Made by a program: the position numbers and the translations under genes
In this document: positions 63,952 to 64,000 of the stretch, in pieces
Position numbering within the stretch: position 1 is the first letter of the stretch
How the letters are laid out: every line of letters begins with the position of its first letter
The notes under the pieces: generated by a model
What the model saw: the letters and a program-made list of their open reading frames with translations, nothing else
Databases searched by the model: none
Told to the model about the DNA's origin: nothing
IMG/VR virus record: IMGVR_UViG_3300008259_005066
Coordinates: 124,001 to 188,000 of that record
Reading direction: 5' to 3' (one strand)
Length of the DNA stretch: 64,000 nucleotides

Positions 63952-64000
63952 CGCAATACTTATGGTGTTTTTACTATCAGACTATGATTGGCTGGTGGGG

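Noticed and set aside
63964-64000. 3' end of an upstream gene at the right edge
   Set aside because: Too little sequence to assign a frame or product.

Overview
Gene-dense 64-kb fragment of a large T4-like (contractile-tailed) phage genome, almost all on the minus strand. Left to right: (1) a partial UvsW-like helicase, a radical SAM protein and an AAA+ ATPase; (2) an ~11-kb glycosyltransferase/methyltransferase/oxygenase cluster; (3) the recombination block uvsY-radical SAM-uvsX-gp32; (4) terminase, HNH and thermonuclease; (5) small head-associated proteins with T4-like capsid-targeting N-termini; (6) gp4, tail tube and tail sheath; (7) dNMP kinase, exonuclease, amidinotransferase and neck proteins; (8) three very large Gly/Asn/Thr-repeat virion proteins. 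No tRNA, rRNA, CRISPR array or reverse transcriptase was seen. A T4-late-like motif NTAA(A/G)TA precedes about 24 genes, often 4-7 nt before the ATG (leaderless), and several sigma70-type promoters are visible. Two structural genes (tail sheath and one giant fibre protein) are broken by frameshifts. Top leads: a phage-encoded glycan/virion-modification system; an 11-bp pairing between the 5' RBS and a 3'-UTR hairpin loop of the AAA ATPase gene; two structured RNA leaders; and late promoters sitting in RBS-occluding hairpin loops. All protein family calls come from motif recognition by eye, with no database searches. Several starts were moved from the ORF track using promoter/RBS context.
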